Assembly (NCBI GenBank): GCA_965223945.1 | Contig: CBDCXW010000003.1 | Span: forward strand, 30,841-94,840 | Source of the DNA: Dehalococcoidia bacterium | GTDB taxonomy: Bacteria > Chloroflexota > Dehalococcoidia > Lucifugimonadales > CATQGZ01 | Length of the DNA: 64,000 bases | Reading direction: 5' to 3' | Part shown: in pieces, positions 30,201-39,935 of the stretch | Layout: every line of letters begins with the position of its first letter | Position numbering within the stretch: position 1 is the first letter of the stretch | Position numbers and translations under genes: made by a program | The notes under the pieces: model-generated | What the model was told of the DNA's origin: nothing | Seen by the model: only the letters and a program-made list of their open reading frames with translations | Database searches by the model: none

Positions 30201-31083
30201 ATCGCAGTCCTCGAACAGGTAGTGCGACACCAGCTCCGAGAACACACGAGTACGCTGGCGCCGGCCGTCTCCCAGGATCCTGGCCACCGCCAGTCTCGTG
30301 TTGTCGTACAAGATGCTCCGCGGCACGCCGCCCAGGAACGAGAACGCCGAGACGTGACCGTCGCAGAACGCCTCGGTCGTCTCTGCGGGGTAGGCCTTGA
30401 CGAAGCACGCGTCGCTGTGGGGAAGGTCCAGCACGAAGTAGTGGATGGTCTGCTCCACTCCTCCGATGACCGCCTTCGCCTGGCCGAAGTCGCACTGGGC
30501 ATCACCAGGAGGATGGGAGAGCGGAACGTACATCTCGCGTGTCCGGCGCCGTCGCTCGCGCACGTAGTCCTTGACTATCGTGTACCTGCCACCGAACCCG
30601 TGCTCCGCTCTCAGACGGTCATAGATCCGCTTCGCCGTGTGGCGCTGCTTCCTCGGAAGACGCCGGTCCTCTTCCAGTATCCGGTCGATCACCCCGTGGT
30701 ACGGGTCCAGCTTAGGGCGACGCGGCGGTGACTGTCGACGGTACCCGGGTGGCACCGAGTACTCCAGCATCTTGCGCACCGTGTCCCGGTGCAGCCCGAA
30801 CACCCGGGCAGCCTCTCGCGTGCTCATCCCTTCCACCATGCAGGCCCGGCGCACTCGAACGTACAGTTCCACTTTGTACATCCTTCACACCTTCCATCGA
30901 GTTGCCTCCAACTCTATAGAAGGCGGCGGGTGGTCCAGTTTTGCAGCGCCACTCCCGGACGCTCACCCCCGCCTCGCCGGTCCATTATTACTCCGCCCTT
31001 TACACTTTGGGACCAGTGCAGATCAGCGAAGAGGCACAGGAACGGTTCCGGCAAAGCTTCAAGGAGTTCAAGGAGTTCGAGGC

Positions 31084-31464
31084 ATGACGACTGCTGAATA
31101 CAAGCTTGAGGCCGGTATTGAGGCTCTGTGCCGCTTCACCAGCCCAAAGAAGCCTACATTCGGATTGACTTGTCGACTCTCTGGTTCAGGCGACCCAGTC
31201 ATAGCCCGCGAGTATCTGACCTTCTCTGGTCTTGTTGGGTCAGGGTTCGAACAGGTGAAACTGCCACCGATCCTCGATCCAACTTCCTTGTCCTTCTGGT
31301 TTCCACCCATAACTCCAGATGGAGAAGGTGGGGTGGACATCCACAGTGAACGTATGGTCGAAGGTCATCTCTACCCGATGTCTGTGGGAAGTATACCCTT
31401 GGTGGCTGTCAAAGAATCTGATGGTTCGATTACCTTATACGGTCTTCCGGCAGAAGATGGCTGA
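31084..31464 (+). CDS. Hypothetical protein (lower GC)
   Basis: ATGA overlap with the upstream split gene. Confidence 0.5.
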   Translation: MTTAEYKLEAGIEALCRFTSPKKPTFGLTCRLSGSGDPVIAREYLTFSGLVGSGFEQVKLPPILDPTSLSFWFPPITPDGEGGVDIHSERMVEGHLYPMSVGSIPLVAVKESDGSITLYGLPAEDG

Positions 31465-31669
31465 CCTACCTCCCGAAAGCTATGATCCTCTATCACGTAT
31501 ACTCAGTGGTTTGTTGCGGAACCTCAGACCACTGACCAATACTGCCGATCTGCCCGTCTGCAATACTCGCATCCTGCGTGAGGATCACGGGATGCTTTGG
31601 AACCGCCGAGTGGCTGTTCACACCACCAAAGAAGGCGTGACCAACTTCAAGGCCATTAGAGATGACTAA
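31457..31669 (+). CDS. Short hypothetical protein or remnant
   Basis: Overlapping start, same lower-GC islet. Confidence 0.35.
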   Translation: MADLPPESYDPLSRILSGLLRNLRPLTNTADLPVCNTRILREDHGMLWNRRVAVHTTKEGVTNFKAIRDD

Positions 31670-31943
31670 AAGCTGAGACGACTCTACCTCGTAACCAGCA
31701 GCCATCCAAGCCTGTGACTCACAAACGCTCGACCCAGCACGGGAACGCTGGGGTCCAGCGAAGCGCCCGTACAGCGAAGTCCCAGGCCGCGAAGCAGCAG
31801 GTCTAAGTCGCTTCGACTTTTTGGTTCAGAGTCGGGACTTTTGGTTCAACCGGCAGTTTTGGTGCAAAGCCCGTCAAGGGAGAGGGGGTTACGCAAAGGT
31901 CTCCCTTCGGTGGGGAGAGGGGGTCGGAATTACGGCGTCCTGT

Positions 31944-32627
31944 CTAGCGCGGGCGCAAGTCAGCGAGACGGTCGCTCGCGCGGCGGACCTCGTCCGCGAA
32001 GGCCCTGATCCTGTCGGAGTCTTTGACGCCCTGGGTCTCGACGCCGCTTGAGACATCCACGGCCCATGGCCGGGCTGTTTCAAGCGCGAGGCCCACGTTC
32101 TCCGGAGTCAGCCCTCCAGCCAGCATGCAGCGGCCGGCGTCGGAAACGGCTCGAGCTATGCTCCAGTCGAAGGTAAGTCCGGTGCCGCCCAAAGAGCCCT
32201 TCCGATGAGTATCGAGCAGGGCCATGTGACCGGCAGAGACGACCTCTGCCACGGCCCGCCGGGTCGAGTCGATGGTCGTCTCTCTGTCGCCCCCGTCGCG
32301 CACCTTGACCATCTTGACAATAGGGACTTCAACAGCCTCCCAGTACCCTGACGGCTCGTCGCCGCACAGCTGTACGAGGTCCAACCCGCAGTGGCGTGCG
32401 ATGGAGTTGACCTCGTCGACCGGCTGGTCTGCAAAAAGCCCCACGACTCTAGGCAAATCGACGGCCCTCAGCCCCCTGAACTCCTCGATGACCTTCCGCG
32501 CGTGCCCTGGGGACACCTGTCGTCGAACGCCGGGGACGAAATTGAAGCCCATGAAGCTCGCCCCGGAGTCGGCGGCGATCAGTGCATGATCAAGCTCACG
32601 AAGTCCACATATCTTGAAGCGCGTCAT
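31944..32627 (-). CDS. trpF: Phosphoribosylanthranilate isomerase
   Basis: KICGL, GGTGLTFDW, LAGGL, DVSSGVE. Confidence 0.95.
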   Translation of the reverse strand: MTRFKICGLRELDHALIAADSGASFMGFNFVPGVRRQVSPGHARKVIEEFRGLRAVDLPRVVGLFADQPVDEVNSIARHCGLDLVQLCGDEPSGYWEAVEVPIVKMVKVRDGGDRETTIDSTRRAVAEVVSAGHMALLDTHRKGSLGGTGLTFDWSIARAVSDAGRCMLAGGLTPENVGLALETARPWAVDVSSGVETQGVKDSDRIRAFADEVRRASDRLADLRPR

Positions 32628-32659
32628 GTCGAAATCGCTGCCTGATTCGGACGAGCGGA

Positions 32660-32685
32660 AGGGCGGGTTTGAAACCCGCCCCTAC
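32660..32685. repeat. GTAG-type REP (second copy 43752-43777)
   Basis: AGGGCGGGTTTGAAACCCGCCCCTAC identical at both sites. Confidence 0.85.
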
Positions 32686-32795
32686 GGCATGATGCGCTGG
32701 CACGGCCTGATTCTGGGGATGGGTTCCGGCCCCGTATCGCGCACGAGGCAGGCTGTGCGCCGAATGACGGGGATGGGGATGGATTCCCGCTTTCG

Positions 32796-32918
32796 GAGAC
32801 CTTTGCACAAACCGTCGCACCGGCTAAGGCCGGTATCCAGAGGGGTGGGGGCTTAGCTAGGATGGTGCCGTTTGCAACTCCCGACGTCGCCCCGTCCGGT
32901 AGGTTACGCAAAGGTCTC
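32796..32918. mobile_element. MITE family B (inverted) inside GGATTCCCGCTTTCGCGGGAATGAC hairpin
   Basis: TIR GAGACCTTTGC; CTTTCG duplicated. Confidence 0.88.
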
Positions 32919-32952
32919 CTTTCGCGGGAATGACGGAGGTGGGGAATTATGG

Positions 32953-33735
32953 TCATACCAGACCTCTGAGCCTTGCGCCGGGGTCGGCGGCTGTCACGAG
33001 GGCCTCACCGACCAGGACCGCGTGGGCGCCCGCGGCCCCGACGCGTTCGATGTTCTCCCGGCTGCTCACGCCGCTCTCGCTGACAACGATCTTGCCGGCC
33101 GGGACGGCGGGCGCAAGGCGCTCCGTGACCTCCAGGTTGGTCTTGAAGGTCCGAAGGTCGCGGTTGTTGATCCCGATGATCTCGGCGTCGACTGCGAGGG
33201 CCTGCTCGAGCTGGGCCTCGTCATGCACCTCTACAAGCGACTGCATCCACAGCTCTTGCGTGAGGGAGCGGAGCTCTTCGAGCAGGACGGGGTCGAGCAT
33301 CGCGACGATCAGGAGGACCGCGTCCGCGCCGTGGGCGCGGGCTTCGTAGACCTGGTACGGATCGAAGACGAACTCCTTGCGGAGGACCGGGATGCCGCGA
33401 GGGTTGACTACGGCGTGAACGGCCTCCAGGTCTTCGATGCTGCCCTGGAAGTGGTCCCTGTTCGTGAGCACGGAGACGGCGGCCGCTCCGTTGTCGGCGT
33501 AAGAGGAGGCCAGGGCCGCCGGATCGAGGTCGGCCCGGAGCAGCCCTTTGGCCGGGGAGGCCCTCTTTACCTCCGCGATGACGCGGACGGAGTCGCTCCA
33601 GAGCGCTCCGGCTAGGTTCAGGGGCGCCTTCGTCTCCCGAATTCGCCTCTCGACCTCCGACAGCGGCACGTCGGCCTTCAGCCGGTCCAGCTCAATCTTC
33701 TTGGCCGCGACGATTTCGGTCAGGATTTCGGCCAC
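32953..33735 (-). CDS. trpC: Indole-3-glycerol phosphate synthase
   Basis: IAEVKRASP, LRKEF, GINNRDL, SESG. Confidence 0.95.
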   Translation of the reverse strand: MAEILTEIVAAKKIELDRLKADVPLSEVERRIRETKAPLNLAGALWSDSVRVIAEVKRASPAKGLLRADLDPAALASSYADNGAAAVSVLTNRDHFQGSIEDLEAVHAVVNPRGIPVLRKEFVFDPYQVYEARAHGADAVLLIVAMLDPVLLEELRSLTQELWMQSLVEVHDEAQLEQALAVDAEIIGINNRDLRTFKTNLEVTERLAPAVPAGKIVVSESGVSSRENIERVGAAGAHAVLVGEALVTAADPGARLRGLV

Positions 33736-33743
33736 GTGACGGA

Positions 33744-34757
33744 CTACTCCAGCCTCTGGCTTAGCTCGACGAGGGCGTCCAGGACGGCCCCGGCCCTGCC
33801 GCTGTCGATCGACTCTGCGGCAAGGGCGGCGCCTTCCTTCAGAGACGAAGCTGCGCCGGCGGCCAGCAGGGCGGCCGCGGCGTTCATCAGCACGATGTCT
33901 CGGGCCGGGCCGGCCTCGCCTGCTAGTACTCCCCGGAGAACGGCTACACTCTCCTCGACACTTCCCGCCTTTACCGACGCCGCCGATGTCCGGCTGAATC
34001 CGAAGTCCTCGGGCGAGACGGCGTACTCGGTAACCGAGCCCGCATTGAACTCCCAGACCCTGGTCTCGCCGCCGATGGTGATCTCGTCCAGCCCGTCGTT
34101 GCCGTGCACGACAAGGGCTCTCTTGCTTCCGAGCCTGCCGAGGGTCTCAGCCATCTTCCGGCCCATGGCGGGATCGGCAACACCGACTACCTGGGCGTCC
34201 GCGCCCGCCGGATTGGTCAGCGGACCAAGGATGTTGAACACCGTGCGAATGCCGATCTCGCGCCTCGGGCCAGCGGCGAATCTCATCGACGGGTGGTACC
34301 TCTGGGCGAACATGAAGCCAAGCCCCGCGTCCTCGATACACCGCCCGACGCTGTCCGGGCCAAGATCGATATTGACTCCCAGCCCCTCCAGGACATCGGC
34401 GCTGCCGCACGCTCCCGACATGGCCCTGTTGCCGTGCTTGGCGACTTTGACCCCCGCGCCGGCCGCCACGAACCCGGCCGTCGTCGAGACGTTGAAGGTG
34501 CCGGACGAGTCGCCGCCGGTCCCGCAGGTGTCGACGACGGGGCCGGCAACCTCGACGCGGAGAGACTTATCTCTCATCACGCGGGCCATGCCGACGATCT
34601 CGTCGACAGTCTCGCCCTTAACGCGGAGAGCGGTAACGAATGCCCCGAACTGGGCGGGAGTGGCCTCGCCGCTCATGATCTCGTCCATCACCTGGGCGGC
34701 CTGATCCTCGGTGAGGGAGCCGCCTTCGGCGACTGTCGATATAGCTTCTCTGATCAT
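33744..34757 (-). CDS. trpD: Anthranilate phosphoribosyltransferase
   Basis: DTCGTGGD, KHGNR, GSADVL, GLDEI. Confidence 0.96.
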   Translation of the reverse strand: MIREAISTVAEGGSLTEDQAAQVMDEIMSGEATPAQFGAFVTALRVKGETVDEIVGMARVMRDKSLRVEVAGPVVDTCGTGGDSSGTFNVSTTAGFVAAGAGVKVAKHGNRAMSGACGSADVLEGLGVNIDLGPDSVGRCIEDAGLGFMFAQRYHPSMRFAAGPRREIGIRTVFNILGPLTNPAGADAQVVGVADPAMGRKMAETLGRLGSKRALVVHGNDGLDEITIGGETRVWEFNAGSVTEYAVSPEDFGFSRTSAASVKAGSVEESVAVLRGVLAGEAGPARDIVLMNAAAALLAAGAASSLKEGAALAAESIDSGRAGAVLDALVELSQRLE

Positions 34758-34818
34758 TCGTTCCTCCGTGGTTCTGCAAGACCTGGATTCCGGCCTCCGC
34801 CGGAATGACGGATGCAGG

Positions 34819-36411
34819 TTAGGGCACGGCGCGGCCTGCCATTACGCCGGTGCATCGCTCGTTGTCCACCGCCACCTGACCGTTCACCAGAACGTAGGGG
34901 ATGCCCGCGGGCGGCTGCGTCGGATCGTCGTAGGTCGCGTTGTCGATCACCCGGTCGGGGTCGAAGACGACCAGGTCGGCGAAGTAGCCGACCTCGACGC
35001 GGCCGCGTTTAGTCAGGCCGAACCGCCGGGCCGGATTGTCGGTCATCCTCTGGACAGTCTGTTCCAGGCTCATGACATTGAACTGACGGCGGAGACGGCC
35101 CAGGAAGCGGGGGAACGTCCCGTAGGCCCGCGGATGCGGTATGTTCCCTATGGGAATGGAGTCACTTCCGACCATGTAGTCGGGCCTGGACAGGAAGTCC
35201 ATGGAGTCGCGGCTTAGCTGCTGCCAGACGGCGACGCTGTCTGGCGGGGCGCCGCGATAGCCGAGCTTGAGGTCGTTCTCGACCAGTAAGTCGAGCGCCG
35301 CCTCGCTCATGGAGACGCCCCTGGCCTTGGCGATGTCTGCGATGCTCATACCTTCCAGCTCGGGGGTGAGAGGCGAGTACGATATCACGGCATCGCCGAG
35401 ACTCTCGCGGCTCTCGAAGTGATCGACGAGCTTCCGTTTCTCCGAGGGGTCGCGGAGCCTCTCCAGCGCCGCGTCCGGGCCGCCGACGTGCATGTAGCTC
35501 GGCAGCATGCTGAGGACGAAGGTGCATCCGGACGGGTAGGGGTAGAGCTCCAGCGTGCAGTCGACGCCCTCGGCCTTGGCCTTGTCGATGAGCTCCATCC
35601 TCTTCGCAACCTGCCCATGGCTGCCAGGCGCGGTGCGGTAGTGGGAGAAATGGACGCCGACGCCCGACTGCCTGCCGATCTCCAGCGCTTCGGGGACTCC
35701 ACCCTCGCCGCCGAAGGAGCGCTCTTTGTGGTTGGTGCGGAGATGGGTCACATAGACGCCCCCAGCCTCACGGGTCGCCGTGCACAGCTCCACCATCTCG
35801 CGCGTGTCGCTCCACGAGTGCGGGAAGTAGGCGAGACCGGTCGCGAATCCAACGGCGCCCTGCTCGATGCCTTCCTTGATGAGCCGCTTGGCCTTCTCCA
35901 GCGCCGCCCCAACAAGCGGCTCATCCTCGAAGCCCAGGGCCTCCAGCCGTACGGCGCCGTGGGCGACGCAGTAGGCGGTGTTGATCGATACCTTGCCGTC
36001 GTAGTGCGAGCGGAAGGCGGCTACGCTGCTCATATCCAGGCCTTCGGGAGGCTCGCCGAGGATTCCCGATAGGTAACGCCTGTAGGTGGCGTAGTTCTCC
36101 GCCGACAGCGGCGCATACGACAGCCCGTCTTGGCCCAGTATCTCGGTCGTTATGCCCTGGCGCAGGCCGTTGGCATGCTGCGGGTCCCATAGCAGGATGC
36201 CGTCGGAGTGCGCGTGGGTATCGATGAAGCCGGGGCACACGGCCAGCCCGGTCGCATCCACAACGCGCCGCGCCCCGGCGCGCGAGAGGTCGCCCACAGC
36301 CTCGATGCTGTCCCCCTCAATTCCTACGTCGGCCCGGAAGCCAGGCGCGCCGCTCCCGTCCACTACCGTTCCGCCCGATATCAAGACATCGAACATTGCT
36401 TGCTCCTTCAC
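34819..36411 (-). CDS. N-acyl-D-amino-acid deacylase-like amidohydrolase
   Basis: PGFIDTHAHSD, GQDG, HPRAYGTFPR, ADLVVFD. Confidence 0.9.
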   Translation of the reverse strand: MKEQAMFDVLISGGTVVDGSGAPGFRADVGIEGDSIEAVGDLSRAGARRVVDATGLAVCPGFIDTHAHSDGILLWDPQHANGLRQGITTEILGQDGLSYAPLSAENYATYRRYLSGILGEPPEGLDMSSVAAFRSHYDGKVSINTAYCVAHGAVRLEALGFEDEPLVGAALEKAKRLIKEGIEQGAVGFATGLAYFPHSWSDTREMVELCTATREAGGVYVTHLRTNHKERSFGGEGGVPEALEIGRQSGVGVHFSHYRTAPGSHGQVAKRMELIDKAKAEGVDCTLELYPYPSGCTFVLSMLPSYMHVGGPDAALERLRDPSEKRKLVDHFESRESLGDAVISYSPLTPELEGMSIADIAKARGVSMSEAALDLLVENDLKLGYRGAPPDSVAVWQQLSRDSMDFLSRPDYMVGSDSIPIGNIPHPRAYGTFPRFLGRLRRQFNVMSLEQTVQRMTDNPARRFGLTKRGRVEVGYFADLVVFDPDRVIDNATYDDPTQPPAGIPYVLVNGQVAVDNERCTGVMAGRAVP

Positions 36412-36971
36412 ATTTCCAGAAAGTTGCTGAGCAGGTCCTTGCCGACCGGGGTCATGATGGACTCCGGATGGAACTGTATGCCCTCGACCGGATGAGTCCT
36501 GTGCCGCACGCCCATAATCATACCGTTGTCGGTCCGGGCGGTCACCTCCAGCTCATCGGGAAGATCATCGTCGTAAATGGCCAGGGAATGATACCTGATG
36601 GCTTTGAAGGGGTCGGGAAGACCCTTGAAGACCCCTTTGCCGTCGTGGTGAATCAGCGAGGTCTTCCCGTGCATGATCTCGCCCGCGCCTCCGACGGTCC
36701 CGCCATAGGCGTGGCCGATGCACTGGTGGCCCAGGCAGACTCCCAATGTGGGCGTCGTCGGGCCGAACCGGCGCAGGACATCGTTGGAGATGCCGGCCTT
36801 CTCCGGCGTGCATGGCCCGGGGGAGATGACGATCTTCTCAGGGTCCATGTCCGCGATCTCCTCCAGCGTGGTCTGATCGTTGCGGACCACCTCCACCTCA
36901 GCCCCCAGCTCGCAGAGATACTGATAGAGGTTATAGGTGAAGCTGTCGTAGTTGTCGATGAGTAGTATCAA
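36408..36971 (-). CDS. trpG: Anthranilate synthase component II
   Basis: IDNYDSFT, ISPGP, GVCLGHQ, QFHPES; TTG start. Confidence 0.95.
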   Translation of the reverse strand: MILLIDNYDSFTYNLYQYLCELGAEVEVVRNDQTTLEEIADMDPEKIVISPGPCTPEKAGISNDVLRRFGPTTPTLGVCLGHQCIGHAYGGTVGGAGEIMHGKTSLIHHDGKGVFKGLPDPFKAIRYHSLAIYDDDLPDELEVTARTDNGMIMGVRHRTHPVEGIQFHPESIMTPVGKDLLSNFLEM

Positions 36972-37011
36972 GGCAACCTCTCTGTCTAGCCGGCGTGCAC
37001 GGGCCGCGGAC

Positions 37012-38469
37012 TCATGCGTCGATCTCCAGCTCGGCCTGGTCGATGGCCGAGAGGACTGCCGACGCCTTGTGAAGTGTCTCGTCGAACTCGAAGTCGGGCG
37101 TTGAGTCGTAGACGATTCCCCCGCCGGCCTGGACATGGGCGACACCGTCCTTGACTACGACGGTGCGGATCGTGATAGCGGTGTCCATGTTGCCTGAGAA
37201 GTCGAAGTAGCCAACGGCGCCGGCGTAGGCGCTCCGGCGGTCGGGCTCCAGTTCCGCGATGATCTCCATAGCACGTATCTTCGGCGCGCCGGAGACTGTC
37301 CCCGCGGGGAAGCATGCGCGGAACGCGTCGTAGGCGCTGTAGTCGTCCCGAAGCCGCCCGGTGACGTGGGACACGAGGTGGATCACGTGGGAGTAGCGCT
37401 CAACGTCCAACGCCTGCGTGACCTCGACCGTGCCGGGCTGGGACACTCTCCCTACATCGTTGCGGCCGAGGTCCAGCAGCATCACGTGCTCGGCGCGCTC
37501 CTTCTCGTCGTTTCTCAGGTCCTCCTCGAGCTGCCTGTCCTCTTCCTCGTTCGCGCCGCGCGGCCGCGTACCGGCTATGGGGTGGACCGCGACCTGTCCA
37601 TCGACGACCTGGACGAGCAGCTCCGGCGACGCCCCAACGATCTGAAACCCGTCGAGGTTGAGGTAGTACATGTACGGCGACGGGTTGATGGCCCGGAGGG
37701 CCCTGTATATCTGGAACGGGTGCGCGGCAGTCGGGCGCGACATGCGCTGCGCCACGACCGTCTGGATCACATCTCCGGCGATGATGTATTCGCGGGTCCT
37801 CTCGACCATCCGGTCATACTCCTCGCGTGTCATGTTGAACCGCACGTCGGCTCCCGTGGCCTGGCCGATATCGGGCTCAGGGACTGCCGCCGGCCTTCGG
37901 AGTCTATCTACCATTTCGTCGATCCGCTCCGTCGCCTCCTTGTATCCCGTGGCTGCTCCGCTCGTGGTGTCGGTGTGGCTGACGACCTTGATCTTGTGCC
38001 GGACGTGGTCGAAGACGAGGTAGGTGGTCGACAGCATGAAGACCGACTCGGGAATGCCGAGCGGGTCGGGGCCGGGCGTCGGGAGGTTCTCGAAGTACCT
38101 GACGGCGTCGTAGGAGATGTAGCCCACGGCACCGCCATTGAACTTCTCCAGGTAGTCGACGTCGGCCAGCCGGTACTTCGAGAGCATCTCCTCGACCGGT
38201 CCGAGAGGATCGACCTCTCCGAGCTCTTCGCCGGGACCGGTCTTGACGACCCGCTGGGGATCGGTGCCGATGAAGCTGTACCGGGCGACGCGCTCGCCCC
38301 CTTCGACGCTCTCCAGCAGATAGGAGTAGGGGCCCCGCTCGACCTTCAGGTAGGCGGAGACGGGCGTCTCGAGGTCGGCGCTCAGCTCCCGGTAGACCGG
38401 CACCAGGTTGCCCCGGTCCGCCAGACGCTCGACCTCTTCCAGGGTAGGGTGGTACATCGACTGCCTCAT
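37012..38469 (-). CDS. trpE: Anthranilate synthase component I
   Basis: LLES, NPSPYMY, PIAGT, EHVMLLDLGRND, GAPK. Confidence 0.96.
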   Translation of the reverse strand: MRQSMYHPTLEEVERLADRGNLVPVYRELSADLETPVSAYLKVERGPYSYLLESVEGGERVARYSFIGTDPQRVVKTGPGEELGEVDPLGPVEEMLSKYRLADVDYLEKFNGGAVGYISYDAVRYFENLPTPGPDPLGIPESVFMLSTTYLVFDHVRHKIKVVSHTDTTSGAATGYKEATERIDEMVDRLRRPAAVPEPDIGQATGADVRFNMTREEYDRMVERTREYIIAGDVIQTVVAQRMSRPTAAHPFQIYRALRAINPSPYMYYLNLDGFQIVGASPELLVQVVDGQVAVHPIAGTRPRGANEEEDRQLEEDLRNDEKERAEHVMLLDLGRNDVGRVSQPGTVEVTQALDVERYSHVIHLVSHVTGRLRDDYSAYDAFRACFPAGTVSGAPKIRAMEIIAELEPDRRSAYAGAVGYFDFSGNMDTAITIRTVVVKDGVAHVQAGGGIVYDSTPDFEFDETLHKASAVLSAIDQAELEIDA

Positions 38470-38476
38470 TCCGTGA

Positions 38477-39532
38477 TCAGGGGCGCGCGGGCAGGGTCAG
38501 CCCGACGCGCCTCTTCATCTCTTCCAGCTTCGGCTGCGACATCCCCTCCGCCTGCTCCGCACCTCGGGCCATCAGGCGGTCGAGCTCTGCCTCGTCGCTC
38601 ACGAGGTCCTCGTACCGGCACTGAATCGGCATCAGGGCCTCTATCACGACCTCGGCGACTCTGGACTTGAGGTCGCCGTAGCCCCGGGCGTCGGCGAAGT
38701 CGGCCTCCGTCTCTGCCTCGGTCCTCCCGGTGATCACACTGTAGATTCCCAGGAGGTTGTTGACGCCGGCCCTATCGGGATCGTCCGAGAAGCGTATCTC
38801 GTTGCCGGAGTCGGTGACGGCGCGCTTGATGGACCGCTCGATCTCATCCGGGCTGTCCAGCATCCGCACAGCGTGTCCTCTGGCAGACGACTCGCTCTTG
38901 GACATCTTCACCGTCGGGTCGTCCAGCCCCATTACCCGAGCGCCCACCTGCGGGATCATGGCCTCCGGGACGACGAAGGTTTCGCCATAGCGGTGGTTGA
39001 ACCGCTGGGCGATGTCTCGTGCGAGCTCCACGTGCTGGCGCTGGTCGTCGCCGACCGGTACCTCGTCCGCGTCGTACAGGAGGATGTCCCCAGCCATAAG
39101 CACCGGGTAGTCGAGCAATCCTGTCGTGACGCTCTCCTGCCTGGCGGTCTTGTCCTTGTACTGGGTCATGCGCTCCAGCCAGCCGACGGGCGTGACGCAG
39201 TTGAGTATCCAGCAGGCCTCGGCGTGGGCGGTCACGTGGCTCTGTACGAACAGGGTACTCTTCGCCGGGTCGATCCCCGCGGCGAGGAGCATCGCCGACA
39301 TGGACCTCGTCTGGTGCGCAAGGACCGCAGGGTCCTGAGGCACGGTGATCGCATGCAGGTCAACGACGCAGAAGAAGTTCTCCTTCTCGGCCTGGCGCTC
39401 TGCCCAGCCCTTGATGGCGCCGAGGTAGTTGCCCAGGTGGACGTCTCCCGACGGCTGGATGCCGCTGAAGACCCTCCTGCGCGACCGCCTGGGTTGCGCT
39501 TCTACAGCTTCGGTCATCTCCGCGATAGTCAT
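38477..39532 (-). CDS. trpS: Tryptophan-tRNA ligase
   Basis: SGIQPSG, HLGN, VPVGDDQ, KMSKS. Confidence 0.96.
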   Translation of the reverse strand: MTIAEMTEAVEAQPRRSRRRVFSGIQPSGDVHLGNYLGAIKGWAERQAEKENFFCVVDLHAITVPQDPAVLAHQTRSMSAMLLAAGIDPAKSTLFVQSHVTAHAEACWILNCVTPVGWLERMTQYKDKTARQESVTTGLLDYPVLMAGDILLYDADEVPVGDDQRQHVELARDIAQRFNHRYGETFVVPEAMIPQVGARVMGLDDPTVKMSKSESSARGHAVRMLDSPDEIERSIKRAVTDSGNEIRFSDDPDRAGVNNLLGIYSVITGRTEAETEADFADARGYGDLKSRVAEVVIEALMPIQCRYEDLVSDEAELDRLMARGAEQAEGMSQPKLEEMKRRVGLTLPARP

Positions 39533-39562
39533 GGCCTATTCCCTTCCTGTCTTTTGAAGGCA

Positions 39563-39848
39563 CAAAAAAAACCCGTCCACAAAGGGACGGGTAAAGTTCC
39601 GCGGTGCCACCCTACATTCGCCGCCGGGGCGTCCGGCAGCATCTCCGTGGGGCACGAAGGAGCCTGAAGGTTCCTCGATGCCCTGGGCTCAGATAACGGG
39701 GCCCTCTCCGCCCAAGCCTACGGTCCCGGCCAGCCGGGGCTTTCGGTTGGAGGCTCCCAGGTCCATTTGGTCTCTGCGCCAGCGCCGGATCCCACCATTT
39801 CCGGCTCTCTGAGGCCTCGCTGGAGACTTACTACTCCTGTTCACAGCC
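39563..39848 (-). ncRNA. T-box riboswitch (Trp) with intrinsic terminator
   Basis: AGTA, AGAGAGC, GGTGGGA, TGG specifier candidate, CCGTTA, T-box AATGTAGGTGGCACCGCGG, hairpin plus T8. Confidence 0.92.
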
Positions 39849-39935
39849 TGTGTTTATATGTTATGTCGCGAAAACAGAATAGGCGAGGGGAGGGAGGACT
39901 GTCAAGGGCGCGAGTGGATGCTCTGACACGGGGCA

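Larger units (their letters stand above)
28905..30206 (-). mobile_element. IS110-family element
   Basis: Boundaries defined by the restored istA frame; no TSD or TIR; TTGACA near the right end. Confidence 0.9.
28079..30881 (-). pseudogene. istA: IS21 transposase IstA interrupted by IS110
   Basis: N half ends SHYLFED (~30207); C half starts RFGRPGKGNDKGKVE (28904). Confidence 0.92.
27168..31004 (-). mobile_element. IS21-family element (istA-istB) with nested IS110
   Basis: Ends TGTCAAGGGCGGAG / rc TGTAAAGGGCGGAG; 8-bp TSD CTTTGGGA (27160-27167, 31005-31012). Confidence 0.93.
26952..31087 (+). pseudogene. Small hypothetical gene (DUF3467-like) split by IS21
   Basis: Removing the IS and one TSD restores MAQLGDVHPDGF...RLSLERAK...EKALG|PVQISEEAQERFRQSFKEFKEFEA*. 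Confidence 0.7.

Noticed and set aside
23896-31900. Intact prophage
   Set aside because: No portal, capsid, tail, lysis or integrase genes and no att repeats visible
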